A DNA stretch of 64,000 nucleotides, from NCBI RefSeq assembly GCF_009914755.1, contig NC_060927.1. One strand, given 5' to 3'. The notes beneath the pieces were generated by a model. It saw nothing but the letters and a program-made list of their open reading frames with translations, did not search any database and was not told the DNA's origin. This document shows, piece by piece, positions 14,313 to 31,149 of this stretch. Positions within the stretch are counted from its first letter, which is position 1. Every line of letters begins with the position of its first letter. The position numbers and the translations under genes were made by a program. The stretch is from the human T2T-CHM13v2.0 reference genome, Homo sapiens.

Positions 14313-15604
14313 ATACCTCCATGGTTGTGCCCTACAATGTCTGCTCTTGGAAATACTAATGAAGCAACTGTCTCTCCCTAGTCACCTTGTGAGGTGCTGA
14401 CAGAGCTAGATTGGAGGGGCAAAGTTCTCCTTATACCCTGCAGATTGACCATGAATTGTCACAGCAGTGGAGGGACCCATGTGCCTTAACACGTGCCTTG
14501 GGAGGGTATGAATGAGGGACCAGCTATTAGGGATGATACTTACATAGAATCCTATGTTGCCTCTGAGATCATGAGAAGGCTTAGAAAGCTTCCATCCCAG
14601 CTTTGGTACTCCACGGCCTTTTGGTGCCCTATCTCTTCTACTTCTGTACACTGTCCATGGCTCTTTTTGTTATTGACCTTAGAACTCTGAGTTTTGTTTT
14701 GTTTTGTTTTTTCCTTTTAGTTCCTGCAAGCAGAATGTGAGGTGTTTTTTTTTTTTTTCTCTTACCCAGAGTATACACACAGCAGGCACTTGGTAAATGC
14801 TTTGGGATGATAATGAAAAGGAGGGAAGGGGTGGGCAGTTTTTCAGAGAGGAAGTGTAAGAAACTCTGCAGAAGCAGGGGATGCGTTGCATCAGGAATCT
14901 TGAGCAAGAAGGGCTGTGGGGATTGGGTTCTCCTCCAGCGGTGACCTTGGTTGCTGCACTCAGTGAGGGGCAGCCCTATTAGACTTAGAACCAAAGTTCA
15001 TTTCTACAAGCTGATGTTATTAATGTTAAAACATCCTCAGGAACCCAGAAAGCCCTAAAAACAGGATTGCGGAAGTTTTTCATTCCAGAGCTAGCTCACT
15101 GGGGACATTAAATTAGGAGTCAAAAAGCAAAAATGAGTGAGACATCCTGTCTTAACAGCTAGAATGTTCTGGGCAAATTGTCTTCTTAACTGTAAGTCAG
15201 AGGAGCTTTAAATAAGAGAGGAGGTTTTTATGTGTTGCTCCATGGCTCTGGAAAATTGGAGAGAAGTTCCAAGTTTTTCCATGTTCTTGGCTTCTGTAAT
15301 AGACCCTTCAGGGCTATTAGCACAGCCTAGGAACTCTGCTTTTCTGAGAACTCCCTTCTCTTCATGTCCACAGGGGTGGCAGCCATGTTTGTGTTGGGAG
15401 TGAGGTACATCTCCAACAGTCACAGTTGATTGCACCAGGAGCTGCAGAATTCATCTTTTCTCTCAGTGAGGAATTTCAATGTGGGTCTGAGAAACTAGTC
15501 AGTCTCTTCTTGCTTTTGAGTCAAGGATAAGCAAGTTGAATGTCTGGGTGGCCTGGCCTGTCACAGCACACAGCTCTGGGGGTAAGTACCTTTCCCCCAA
15601 GACA

Positions 15605-16032
15605 ATCTCTAATGGCTTTTGTGAATCAGGAATTGGGAGAACAGCTTGGTCAGATGGTTATGGCTCAATGTCTCTCATGAGGTTGCAGTCAAGCAGTCAG
15701 CTGGGGCTGAGGACATCTGAAGGCTGTGATCATAGGAGCCAACTGGTACTGGGTATTGGTGGGAGTCTCAGTTCCTTTTCACATATGCCTCTCTGCAGGA
15801 TTGCTTGGGTGACCCCATCACATGGAGTTCAGCTTTCCCCAGAGTGAGGGGTCTGTGAGACCAAGGTAGGTTCTATGACCTAGCCTCAAAAATCATACTC
15901 TTCTGCTCCCACCGCAAATTCTAGCAATTCCATGGGACTAACCCTGGTTCAGAATTGAAGGGGACTACATAAGGTTGAATACTGGGAGGTGGTAAGGCCC
16001 CCTGGAGCCCCTTCTGGGAGGCTGGCTGTCAT
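15605..16032 (-). mobile_element. MaLR LTR fragment (MLT1F/H-like)
   Basis: TCAGGAATTGGGAGAACAGCTTGG..TCTCTCATGAGGTTGCAGTCAAG..GGAGGCTGGCTGTCA. Confidence 0.7.
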
Positions 16033-16164
16033 AACTCCTTATGTTTGCACAGCATTCCACGGTTTATAAGGATTTCTCACATGCATTATCTCCCCAGGTA
16101 TTCAGAACAGCCCCCAAACCTGGTGTCTGCTTAGCTTTCTCCAGTCCTCCTTTCTCTCTACCCA

Positions 16165-16985
16165 CTATGTCTCCCACACCCAGTCTTCTGTAAGTCCTTT
16201 AGCTTTTCCCTAACACACTCTGCATTTTCTCTTACTGAAGCCCTCCCTCCATGCATGCTTTCTCCAGTCCAGAATGCTCTTCTCACATCTCTTTGCCTAA
16301 CTAATTCTCAGATGCCACCTTCCCTGGAAGTCCTCCCCGGCCCTCCATGCCTGGCTTTGTGCCTGATATGGTCTGATATTTGTCCCTTCCAAATCTCCTG
16401 TTGAAATGCAATCCCCAGTGTTGGAGGTAGGGCCTGGCAGCACCAAAAGGCCATCCAGGTGTTTGAGTCGGAGGATGGATCCCTCACAAATGGCTCGGTG
16501 CCCTTCCCACAGCAATAAGTTCGTATGAGATCTGGTTGTTGAAAAAGGATCCTGGCACCTCCCACTCTGTCTTGCTCCCTCTCTTACCATGTGATGATGT
16601 GCTGCTCCCGCTTCACCTTCTGCCATGAGCAGAAGCTCCCTGAGGCCTCATCAGAAGCCGAGTAGATGCCAGTGCCATGCTTCCTGTACAGCCTGCAGAA
16701 ACATGAGCCAATGAAGCCTCTTTTCTTTATAAACTACCCAGCCTCAGGTATTCCCTTACAGTGACGCACAATGGACTGACACAGTGCCCTTCCTCTAGGC
16801 TCCCATAGCTCCTCATATTCCCCATCGTAACACTCCTCACGTGGTACTATCTTCCTGATTCTAATGTCTGACTCCCCACCCAGAGTGCCCACTCCACGAA
16901 ACCAGAGATGGTGTCTGTGCTGTTTGAGTGCTATCCCCACCTGGCACAGGGCTCAATATGTTTATTTGTTGAATGCATGAATGGA
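16165..16985 (+). mobile_element. L2 3' end split by an MST LTR
   Basis: CTCAGATGCCACCTTCCCTGGAAGTCCTCCC; CCTGGCACAG..TATTTGTTGAATGCATGAATG terminus. Confidence 0.7.
16364..16783 (+). mobile_element. MaLR solo LTR (MSTB-like)
   Basis: TGATATGG...ACACA termini; exact 5-bp TSD GTGCC. Confidence 0.92.
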
Positions 16986-16994
16986 CAAGGCAAG

Positions 16995-17100
16995 CATCAT
17001 TATCCCCATTTTACAGAGGTGAAAACAGGGTGGAGGAGAGTAAGAGTTGGCCTGATCATGGTCAGTTTATGACACAGCTGAACCTAAGCCCAGGTCACAC
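16995..17100 (-). mobile_element. MIR fragment
   Basis: ATTATCCCCATTTTACAGAGGTGAAAACAGGG. Confidence 0.7.
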
Positions 17101-18114
17101 CACCATCCAACACCTTTGTGCATCCTGGAAACAGGTCGCCAAGCAAATTTACGGCACTGTCCCCCGCCCCCACCCCTCATGGCTTTGGTCCTTGGTACTC
17201 TGATAGTTGTGTCCACTGTCTTTCCAGCCTGGACATGCCAGGCTGCTGGATGCATGGCAGGAAAAGCCCTGGTTATTAATTGATTTTATTCATTTCCCTG
17301 TGAAGCACATAGCAGGAGAATGTGCCATTAACGCATCTCAGTGAGACAAACCAGAGATGCAAGCTCTATTCCCATCATTACGGATCCTCCACAACTAAAA
17401 TAGTGATCTTAATTAAGAAATAATGCATGGGGAGAGTGCTGGGGAAAGAGGCGGTGAACTTGGCAACGATAGGCTTTGTGAGAAGAGAAGATGGCACTTT
17501 TATCTGCTCAGGTTGCAGACATTTTTCTTCCTCTGCTGAAAATCGTGACAAATAGTTTATATTTTTATTTTTCATTAGGGAAAAAGTACCAGCTACGTAC
17601 TTAGGGAAAAAGCCCAAGCCCAACAACCAGACTACTGATCACCATGTTACTTTAGCAGCTGCTATTAAAGGGGGCCGAATCAATGCCTTTGAACCCACAG
17701 ACTTCCCAGAGTGGCCACTTCCTAAAGCCTGGCTCTGGCAGGGGAGCCAGGAGGTGAGGCAGGGCTGGACAAGCCAGAGCTGGGACTGTGAGGTGGTCAC
17801 CAAGTGGCAGGCACAGCAGCTCTGAAGGGCAGGGCCATCAGGAGCTTGTGGCAGGATGGAAGCAAAATTCAAGACAGTGGCCTCTCAAGGCAAAGTGAGG
17901 GAGAGCTCCAGCAGCAGGGAGCTCACAGGGCCAGAGGCACAGGAAGTGAAGGCACCCAGTTACCAGAGGCGAGAGATCCAGGCAGTCAGACATGGGAGTC
18001 TGAGTTCAGCAGCAACAAAACGACAATGAAATAAACTTGATATGGAAGCCAGATCCCACTCCACGGAGGAGCTTCCCATACACTTCCTTTTAAGGATAAA
18101 ACTATCTTAATAAT

Positions 18115-19227
<1,113 letters not shown>

Positions 19228-20754
19228 TTACTGCCCTGGCAGAAATTATTAATTGATTTCAGTGTTCTGTGCCTCTGAGCTTCAATGGGGCTTCAAATAC
19301 ATTACAATATAGCTGTCTAAGCAACCACTTATAAATCCATCGATCTGTTAGGCGTCCAAACCAGTGCAACTTATTACTTCTAGTTTGACCCTCAACCTGT
19401 TTCTCTAGTTTAGTAAGGGCTGGGGAAATTCAAATTAGCTATAAAAATAATAATCCTATCACAGAAAAGTTTTTAAGTAACTCAAAATCCCATTCCCTTA
19501 GTACTACCACTAAACTGTTTTGTGTATTCCCTTCTACTAAGTTGTCCTAGGCACAGCTTAACATACAAGGGTAGGGCAGGAGGGAGCCCCAGAGGGGGCC
19601 TCAGGTGAAAGGCTGCTGTGCTGGCCTATTGCTGCCAGCCAGAGCATCCACGCCAGTGAGGCCAGACCCTACCTGGCCGCCTCCAGCAGGCCCTCCGCAG
19701 CATCTGGAGGGTTTGAAAGGACTGTATTCCAGAGGTCAGCTAGTTTGCCGTTGAAATACATTCTAGAAGTGGCTGATTCACTCCAGTGATTCTGGTGGGC
19801 CACTGCATGGCTCAAGGTCAACCCAACAATCAGAGGCTTCCACGGTCGAGGTGGGTGATGGGAATGTCCTACTCTCAGCATCTTCCAGGGGCCCCTCTGC
19901 CCTGTCTTAGGGGCAGAACTCTGTGATGCTAACAAGTATCATTTAATTATTGAAGCTGATTCAGGCCTGCTTTTTTTCTTTTCCCTTTTTTTTTTTAAGG
20001 ACAGTCTGAGGATTGCTCATGGGCACTCCTGTGGCCTGCTCCCTGGAAAAGACAGCACTGTGAATAGCGAAGTGGCTTGCTCTGAGCCCCTCTTTTACCA
20101 TATATGAAATGGGGTACTAGTGCCCACTTCATATAACTCACATGAGGAGTAATGAGTCAGCCTATGCCAAGTACTTACTAGTAACTAGTGGTTTTCTTGT
20201 TCTCCTGCCCAAATGAAAGGGCCCTGGAGCTGCCCAAGAAGACACATCAGGCTTTTTATTTTCAGCAAAGCCTCAACTTTTCCATCAACATGGTTTCTGA
20301 TTATAGCTTCTAAACCACCTTTCTAGTTAGCAGTAGAGGACATCTGTCCACCAGACACTTACAGTGAAGCAATTTTCAGTGTGGTGGACTCTTTCAGGGG
20401 TATCTGCTCACCGTTCCTCATTCTCCAAGACCTGAAGCCACCTCTGCACCGACAGGATGGGCCCTGTGGTCTCCTGTGTCTGCTCTGACCCTGCTCCTCT
20501 GGCCAGAGCTGGTGGGCACACAGCCTGACATGGCCTGAGCTGGACCCTTAAATCTTACCTTTCAGAAATTTAGATTGTCATTGAGAAATGAGGTAGGTCA
20601 CTCTTGGTCACATGACAAGGACAAAGGGATTTAGGGGTGTCCCCCTTTGGCCCCATGCATGGGCATATACAGATAGGAAGTGAGCAAAGAGAGAACAGCA
20701 AAGACCTGCAGAGAGATGCAGAGCCCAGGGACCCTGTGATATCCAAAAAGAGCA

Positions 20755-21345
<591 letters not shown>

Positions 21346-21739
21346 AAAAGAGGAAAGAGTGGCAGTCATTCACGGCCTCTGTCTTTCCCGCCAGCAGCTG
21401 GGGAGAATGGTGTCTGATTCTCTTCTACAGTCTGAGCATTTTGTGGGACCCTTGGATTCTTTTAGCAACTTTCCCCTACCTTCTGCCTAAGCCCATCTGA
21501 GTGGGTTTTTGCCACTTACAGCCCCAAATTTTTGAACAAGATAGTTTTGTGACAACTGACCCTGGAAAGGAACAGTGTCAGGGGTACAGTAATGTGTAAT
21601 TCCCTGGGTTTGTGTAAGCCTCTCAAAAAGGGGACTTGCTCCTCTCCACTAATCCAAGCTTAAGTGTCTCCTTCCAGAGCTTTTCCCAGTCATATAAGAT
21701 AAAGTGACGTATGTGTATATGGTAGACATCAGTTGAGTT

Positions 21740-22140
21740 AATCCATCCAAAATCGATTCTACCTTCCCCTGGAAACAATAACCCAATTTCTTTGGGGACC
21801 ACCACCCATCCAGCTCACATTTTTGCTTAGTCTGTGAGACTCAACTGAGGGAGACCGACCCCACCTCCTGGGACAAGGGTTGGGATATGGCCCAGGCCTG
21901 GTCCCAAGAGCATCCCCCTCCCCCAGCCCATATGCAAGCTGGGCCACCCTCTCCATCCCAGAACTGTTGGGGTACTCTGGAGGCAACGTGCTGTCTTCCT
22001 GAGCCTAGAGCTCTTTGAGCCCCTAGATCGAGTTACAGTTAAAGCTCCAGATCTTCCCCCAGACTTTATAATTGTAGGAACCAATTCATGTCCTTTTCTT
22101 GTTTAAAAGCTGAGTCTCTGCCACTTGTAAGAAAAAATGA
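21740..22140 (+). mobile_element. Ancient MaLR/ERVL LTR fragment (MLT1K/L-like)
   Basis: AACCCAATTTCTTTGGGGACCACC..ATGGCCCAGGCCTGG..CCTTTTCTTGTTTAA..TCTGCCACTTG. Confidence 0.45.
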
Positions 22141-22842
22141 TCTGAGTCGGATGATATACATATTCATAGAGATTTAAAAAACCACAATTGGCATCATAAC
22201 ATCCATACTGGTCATCAACTTAGTTTTTAAAATGTCTTCACTTACATAACATCATGGATCTCTTTCCATTTCTGTACAGGCTACCTTCCCTTTCTCAATG
22301 CTGCACAGTATACACAGCGTGGGTAAATTACAATTTACTTAACAGGTCCCGCTTCATGAGGATGTCCTCTAAATTGGTTTTACACAATTTGCTAAATTTT
22401 TATTGTTGTGGTTATTAAAGAAACATATACACTTGATCGAGACAAAGTTGAACCACTAGAAAGGCCTAAAATGAAAACTCATCTGCCACCACTCCTCTCC
22501 TGTGCCCAGTTTCATTCCCCGGGTATCACCACGTCTAAGAGTTCCCAATTTTCCACTCCTCTTTTGGTTCCCCGCTGCAGTCATCTGTTTTGTTTTTTTT
22601 TTCCATCCTTCATCAGCCTTAGAATCCTATTTGATTTTTTTCTTTCTCTAGAGAATAATGAGCTTGTTGATGTAAAATTCCCGTTACCAAGAAATAGTCA
22701 TTGTTAATAGTGATAATCTAAGCCGAGGATATAGAGATTCATCTTAAAGTTTTCCCTCAAGAAGATCACAGTGTAGGAAGGGAAAAAGATAGATAAATAA
22801 GTGAAGGAAAGTATTCTAAAACTTCATAGAAAGTTCAGTGGA

Positions 22843-23277
<435 letters not shown>

Positions 23278-23369
23278 TCAGGGAGGGTCTGGTGGAGTGG
23301 GAAAAATCACTTTCACCTGTCAGCTTATTCTTCTTGGATCCTAGATTTTCATTCTAGGATATTTTACTT

Positions 23370-24600
23370 CTTCCTGGAGTACATCACTTAGATGTTTCTT
23401 TAGTGAGGATTTGTCAGTGGCAAACTCTCTTACTGTTTACGTTACTGAAGATGTCTCTATTTTACTCATTCTAGAAACATGGTTTTGCTAGGCTTATAAA
23501 TCTAGTTGACAATTATTTCTATCACCACTTTGAAGACATTATTCCACTCTCTTCTGGCTTCTATGTTTGATGTTGAGAAGTCAAATTTGATCTATCTTGG
23601 CTCCTTTGTGAGTAATCTGTCTTTTTTTTCTTCAGGTTTCTTTTAAGATCATCCCTTTGTCTTTGACATTCTGTAGTTTCACTACGATGTGTCTGAGTAT
23701 GTCCACCTTATGACTTATCCTGTCTGGGAGTTTCAAAAACTTTCTAAATATGGGGATTTATGTCTTTACTCAATTCTGCAAAACCCTCAGCTCTTATATC
23801 TTTGAAAATTACCTCTTATCGCACTCTCTATTATCTATTTTTGGAGCCCTGATTAGATCTATATTGGACCTTTTCACTCCATCATTTAATTTTCTTAACC
23901 AGACTTTTCCATATCTTTTTGTCTCTGAGCTGCATTCTGTGTATTTTCTTTGGATCTACGTTTGAAATTACAGGTTCTCTCTGCAGTTGTGTCTATTTTG
24001 CTTTTCAACTCTTCTACAGATATTTTAATTTCTATTACATTCTTTATTTCCAGAAGCTTTGTTTGGTTCTTTTTAATATGTCTGCTTATTTTTATAAGCT
24101 CCTGCTTCTTACTTACTTTCAAATTATCTCTGTTATTTACTTAATCGTATTAAAATCATAGTTTATATTTAATAATTCTAATTTTTTTTCTTTTGACTCT
24201 TACTCATGATGGCTTGCTTACTTGGGCCTTTTCTGATTTTACATTATGAGCTCATTTATGATGGGACTTTTCCAGTAGGAATTTTATGAGGGCTGTGTTG
24301 TGCGTACATGATTGCCTCCGTCAGGAGCTTTGGGCACTGTGGACCTAGGTTCTTCTAAATTCTTATCTTGGGATATTTTGGTATATTTCAGTGTACATTC
24401 AGACATCACACCTAGAGGAGGGTTGGCCACTTGCCTTCAAATCTCAGGAGAAGTTTTCATTTTTCCTCCTCTGCCAGAACTGATTCTGAGTCACTGTTTC
24501 TTGAAGTCAGCCTCTGCTAGGTAGGATACCCTTAACTTCACCCTTTCCTGAAAGTGTAACCCCCTCCGAGGCTTGGATTTGTGCAAAATTTTGTGGCTCT
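23370..24600 (-). mobile_element. Old L1 5' region/ORF1 remnant
   Basis: ORF 23895..24122 (IKKNQTKLLEIKN..EIKISVEELKSKIDTTAER) resembles the L1 ORF1p coiled coil; TTATTCCACTCTCTTCTGGCTTC..TGAGAAGTC. Confidence 0.8.
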
Positions 24601-24965
24601 GGATCTATTACTGCTCAGGTCTAAGGCTTGGTTTACTGTTCATTCCTACCTCTTCCCCTTACTATCTGCTTCCCTATGAAAAAAATCCTAGGCTACTTTT
24701 CCCTAAAGATGATCTCAAGCTGTGAAGTGCTTTTTGGCTTGGTCTTTGTTTACCTTCAAAGGCTCAGGTTCCTCCTGCTTTTCTGAATCACAGGTGATTC
24801 TCTTACTTTGCTTTGTTGCAGACCATTTCATTGCTATGAAGATTTTGCATATACCTATACCTATATCTATATCTATCTATCCATATATCTCCTCCATATC
24901 CTCAGGGGATTGGTTATATATGTACATATACACATGCATATAGGTATGTGTATAACCAATGCACA

Positions 24966-25326
24966 CAGTTGTTCCTTGGTATCCATGGGGGATTGACCAG
25001 GACTCATCGCAGATACCAAAATCCGAGGATGCTCAAGTCCCTTCTATAAAATGGGGTAGTATTTGCATATAACCTACACACATCCTCCCATATACTTTTA
25101 AAAATATATACCTACTTTATAGAGGAGTCTCATATACTTTAAGTCATCTCTAGATTATTTATAATACCTAATACAATGTGAATGCTATATAAATAGTTGT
25201 TACACTGTATTGTCTTCTTGAATTTGTATTATTCTTGTTGTATTGGGGTATTTTTTCCCAAATATTTTCACTCTGCCGTTGGTTGAATCCAAGGATGTGG
25301 AACCCAGGAATACGGAGAGCCAACTG
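24966..25326 (+). mobile_element. MER2 (TcMar-Tigger) DNA transposon
   Basis: CAGTTG...CAACTG terminal inverted repeats; GATACCAAAATCC.AGGATGCTCAAGTCCCTT.TATAAAATGG. Confidence 0.9.
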
Positions 25327-25603
25327 GATATGCACCTGTGTGTTTAGCACATTAGAATATTTTTCATGTAGAAGGAAGATTTTAGGATGTTCAAATTGTT
25401 GACTTCTACGGGCATTCCAATTTTCTTTGCACTGGCTTATCTTTGTACATATTTATTATCTTCTCTCTAATTGCATTAATATCTTTGTATTTATTTTTTG
25501 CATACCATGATTGTTACAAGTTTTTCCTTTATGATGGCAATTTGATTTTGAGCCTTCTATTTCCTGTTTCTTACTGTTTGTAATATTTTTATTAATTCCT
25601 TAA

Positions 25604-26026
<423 letters not shown>

Positions 26027-26870
26027 TCAGTTCTTCTCTTATTAAATTCATGGTCTCGTTAGAAATAGCACTCATGAGGAATCTTTTCTGTTTTTTGAGT
26101 TGTGTTTTCTTTTAGAATATGATCTTCAACTATCCTTTGCATGTTTTGTTCTTGTCTTTCCTTTTGTTTATTGTAAAGTGTTTTCATTGTTACCATGCTG
26201 TTCCTGTTAACTTGGTCATGTTGAATGTGGACAGCTATAACCGCAGTCTATATTCCATGAGCAATTTCCCTACAAGTACTTTTTGTTCTATCTACTTCTC
26301 TGTAACCTGAGAGCCTGGAGCAGGGATGATTACTCTTCTAATTCACTGTGGAGTCCTGAAGCCCTTGCTTTTGACCTGCGAAATTATCTCCCCAGTTTTA
26401 CCTTATCTTCTCAGTGGCTGCTGCCACCACTCTTACTCTCTCTCCCACTCCCCACCCCAAATAGAAAGAGGAAAAGAAAATGTCGCTTCTCTCCAGAAAG
26501 GTGGGGTGGGCTATGAGTAGAATTGTCATGATTCTGCTGACTCACCAGAGCCACATGTAGGAGGTATGTACACTGCACTCCATCATCTTCTGAGTTATTT
26601 TTTCCTCTGTCATCACTTAAGTTCTTATGCCACTAGATTATGCTCTTGTCTGACTCTTACTGGTATATTTTTCTCATTTATTATTATTATTTTTTTTACT
26701 ATTTTTGACATTTCCATAGGAGTTGAGGGAGAAAGCTTCTGCAGGCCTATTTCACTTTGCCAACTCAACTGCAACTCATGTGTGTTCTATCTTCCAGAAT
26801 TCTCTGGAACATTCTGCCCGATACAGGCTACCATTCTTGTTTTCCAGCACCTTTATAGTTTTATTCCTTA

Positions 26871-27253
<383 letters not shown>

Positions 27254-27939
27254 ACGTTGAGGTAAAGGAGCTGAGGAGGGGACCATGTCTTGGCCTTCAA
27301 CTTGAACCCAAAGCCCCTTTGGCTTTTCTTGAGAATTGAAATGCTAAAGGATCACGGAAGAAACGTCTTGGCACTATCGTAGAAGACACTGTCTACCCAG
27401 TTATTCAATGTCCTTATACAGATACTTTTGGACAAATTCTTCTCCAAATAAACCAGCACACAGTACAGATTCCTCTCAGGGATAAGAGAATTTGCCTACT
27501 GATATCCTGCAGTCCCTCCTTATATTAGTCAAGTGGGCACTAATGTAATCTGTTTCCTTCTTTTCTTTGGCTGCCAAGAAATTAAGATTTGTGTTTTATT
27601 TCTCAAAAGCAGCTCACTGCATTCTAGGTTTTTGGTTTCATTCATTCCTCACTCTGTTACTAGAATTCTATCTTTTATGCTTTTTGGGAGGGGGGTAATC
27701 ATTTGCTACCACAAACCAATTTGCAAAGGAAGAATGCTTCCTCCTTTTAAGTAGTCACAACTCCCATAGTAACTAGTATGCCTCTCAATATTTATTGAAT
27801 AAACTAGCACACAGTACCGAAGAAGATAAGATACCCTGCTTTGTGGATGCTTGTAGTTTATTCTTTAGTAGTAATGCTTAATCTTAATCTTGTGACAATA
27901 AAGATCTTGGTAAAATTCTCTAAAATGAATAGAAGTTAA

Positions 27940-28315
27940 AAGATGTGGTTTGAGTCCTCTCTTTTTAACAAGTACTGAACAATCTTGGACAGTCACCTCT
28001 CCAATCTGAATCTCGGTTTCGTTGTCTATATTTTATTCATTTATTTATTCATTCATTTACTCATGAAACAAACTTTCCTGAACACCAGCCCCATCCCATA
28101 TGCCATCTTGGGGCCCTAGATATAAAGAAACATGTAGTCCAGTTTGTCAGTTATCAAAGTGAGTGCTTTAAAACTCTATGTTAACTTAGTGCCCCTTAGC
28201 GTATTTCATCCTCATAACAATCTTTTCAGTTCCCATTTTAAAGATGAGGAAAGCAAGTCCCAGACAGGTTGAGTAACTTGGCCAGGGTCTTTTAGCTCCA
28301 AATCCAGTACTGATT
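27940..28315. mobile_element. Cluster of MIR(+), L2 end(-) and MIR(-) fragments
   Basis: TCTGAATCTCGGTTTCGTTGTCTA; TTCATTCATTTACTC; CCCATTTTAAAGATGAGGAAAG..GGTTGAGTAACTTGGCCAGGGTC. Confidence 0.65.
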
Positions 28316-29039
28316 CCTCTAGTGGTTTGTAAATCAAGAACCAGGGTGCTGCCATCTATTTAAACACTGCTTACATCCAAGCATAAGGCTGGACACCCAG
28401 AAGAGGCTGAACATTTGCTTGCTAATGAAAACAAGGTCTTTTCTTTGGGAACTCACCAAAAGAAAAAATTGCTTGAGCCTATCTTCCTGGTTCACAGGAC
28501 TTACGAGAAATGCAAATACATTTCCTTTTACTGACTATATGCAGAGAGGCAAAAATTTCTCCTTAAATAGCTGTCTTTGGGAAGAGCAGTGTGAACCAAA
28601 CTGCAGCTCCCCAGCCAGCCTCCTGCACTGCAGACACCGACTGGCATCTGGGCTTTGCTGGAACACAGTGTATCTGTGAGTCCTTAGTGGTCACAGAGGA
28701 GGATATTTGACAGCAGAGCAGGCCCAGAATTCATCTTTTTTCTGATCAAAACATAGGCCACCTTTAACCCGTCGTGTCTGGATATGTAGCTGCCCACACA
28801 AAAACAGGCGGCCTCAATTAAACACCCCTAAAGAAAAACCTTTCCACAGAAAAGTTGTGAGAACAAAGTGATATGGTGACTGAAGTCATGAATGAAAAGC
28901 TGCTTCCTATGAGGTGGTTCCTCTCCCAGGGCACCGCAGGTGTCTGCCTGGCTTAGGTCATCCAGCCCCACCTAGGTGGGAGGGCAAATACTGGAGACTC
29001 TGAGGACTCTCTTTTAGTCTCCCCCTAATAATGGCTGCC

Positions 29040-29210
29040 TGACAAGCACTTCACAGTTTACAAAGCCTTTTCACACATTCCTTACATGGCACTCCCCAGA
29101 GACCTTGTGAGCTGGGTATTATTTTTATTTTACAGAAAAGGAAAAACAGGTGGAAACAGGGAGAGTAACTGGCTCAAGGAAACGTTGGTAAAAGTAAAAA
29201 CTAGAACCTG
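29040..29210 (-). mobile_element. MIR
   Basis: AGCACTTCACAGTTTACAAAGCCTTTTCACACA..ATTTTACAGAAAAGGAAA. Confidence 0.75.
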
Positions 29211-29909
29211 AATGATGGTCACCAGGCTCGTCTGTGCTCCTAGAGCCCCCAACATCCAGTGATCATGCTGGGGGCATTCTCTGCCCTTTGGGGACTCTCC
29301 ATGACCCCTTAGGAAGTACTGCTGAGCTACTCAGCCTCCCCCTTTCACTTGCCCTGGTGTCCTCGGTGGAGCCAGTGGAGAACAGGAATAGCCTCAGCCA
29401 GGCCACTCCAGCCCTGGGCTTCAGGCTCAGTGCGTTGCTCAGCACAAGCTGGAACCAAGAAACTTTTTTTTTATCCCAACCCTAAATCTTCTGAAAACAG
29501 TCCTAGCTAAATATAACAAGGATGCCCTTTGGCACATCTTGCCAATCTTGCAGGTGAGTCACGGGCCCTCACTCAAGGTGCCCAGGGATACAGTAGTTGC
29601 CATGTAGTTAAAAATACCTGCTGTGCTGGAAGGCAGCACAGATGGATTTAATGAGCTCACCTGCTCCTCCAAAGGCTTGCAGTAGTGTGGGTTGAGCCTG
29701 GCAGTGGGCAGATGTATGCTGAATTTCCTCTTGGCCTGAGGCCTGGTTATCAAACTGATGGAGTCCCCGGAGTCTTCTCAAATGCCCACAGAGCTGGCCC
29801 GACAGAAACAGTAAAGTGTTGGGATTAGCAAGGGGTCAAGAAGCAGAAAGCCAGCTCCATTACTCTCTTCTGCAGAAATCACCTCCTTCGACAGCCCCAG
29901 AGGCAGTGC

Positions 29910-30325
29910 CTTGGGTTAGTTTCCTCAGAAATGGAGCTTGAGAAAAGGATTGACTGGGGGACTGCTCCCAGATAAAACCTGTAAGGGACTGAGGAGTTAG
30001 AATGGGGCAGAGAAGAAGCTGGGCAAACATATAGCTTCAGCTGAAGTCTAACTCAGCCTGATCCCGTGGGGAGCTCACATGCAGTTGTCCCAACTGCAGG
30101 GAAGCCCTTTGGCCTTTAGGTCCCCATGTCAGTCATCACTGGCTGTGGGCTCCCCTTAGGGGAGGACGTAACCTCTCAGGCTTTTCAGGATGAGGTGGCT
30201 CTGGAGAAGGAAGTCTCTGGAGAAAGAAACAGCTGTGTCATTAGCAGTCAGCATGCACTGCAGATGGGGGATGGGTGTGGTGGCCTGGTAAAGAGATACT
30301 GATGAGACAGCAACTGTATCTACTG
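29910..30325 (-). mobile_element. ERVL-class solo LTR (LTR33-like)
   Basis: Same motif order as 1665-2150: TTCCTCAGAAATGGAGCTTGAGAAAAGGATT..CAGCCTGATCCCGTGGGGAGCTC..CAGTCATCACTGGCTGTGGGC. Confidence 0.6.
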
Positions 30326-31149
30326 CTGCCACTATCTCTTGAAGGCCAAAATGGTCAAGTCATTAGTTCATAGCAAAACATTATTTTCTATGTATCCCAA
30401 GGGCAGAGGGAAACCACATATGGTAGCAACTCATTCTTGCTTTACTTCTGATTCTTCTATGCAGGGAGCATTCCTCATGACTAATGAAGAAGCAAAGGCA
30501 TAAACTTGACTAATTCCTTCTTTCTCCTTCCACATTGAGCTTGCACTACCCACAGCCCCTCTCATAGAGGCACATGCTCAAGATTGCTGCCTTGTCCTTC
30601 GTTCAGGTCAGTCTGCCTTTGTTGTACAATTGCCATGGCTCTAATCAGAGGTCTGCCCAACAGCATGACTCTTCCCATCATGCTGAGCATGATGTTCAGC
30701 ATAACCAGGCTGAACATCACACCTGACCTCCTCCTCCATGAAACCTCCCTGAGCACTGAAGCCCCCACTGACTTCTCCCACTGCGGAATAGACAGTTGCA
30801 ACCATATCCCAGAATTCACAGTGAGAAGGATCCCATGTGCCAAGCACTGTCCCAAGTGTAATTGACTTAACTTCATTTACTTAGTGGAGCATACGTGTAT
30901 CAGTTAAGATGTGTTTGGCCATCAGTAACTCTCTGAGTTCAGGTAGCTTAAAGAATAAGGAAGAATCATATTCTATATAACAGGGAGTCTAGAGGTCAGG
31001 TAGTCAGTTCAAACTATCATCAGGTACTGCATCAGGCTCTAAAGCCAGATTACGTCCGGGTGATACATATTTCTCCTCTGAGTCCATTGTAATCCCATTC
31101 TGGTAGTCTATTACCTGGGGAATAAATCATAAAAACAGTAGGGGAATAG

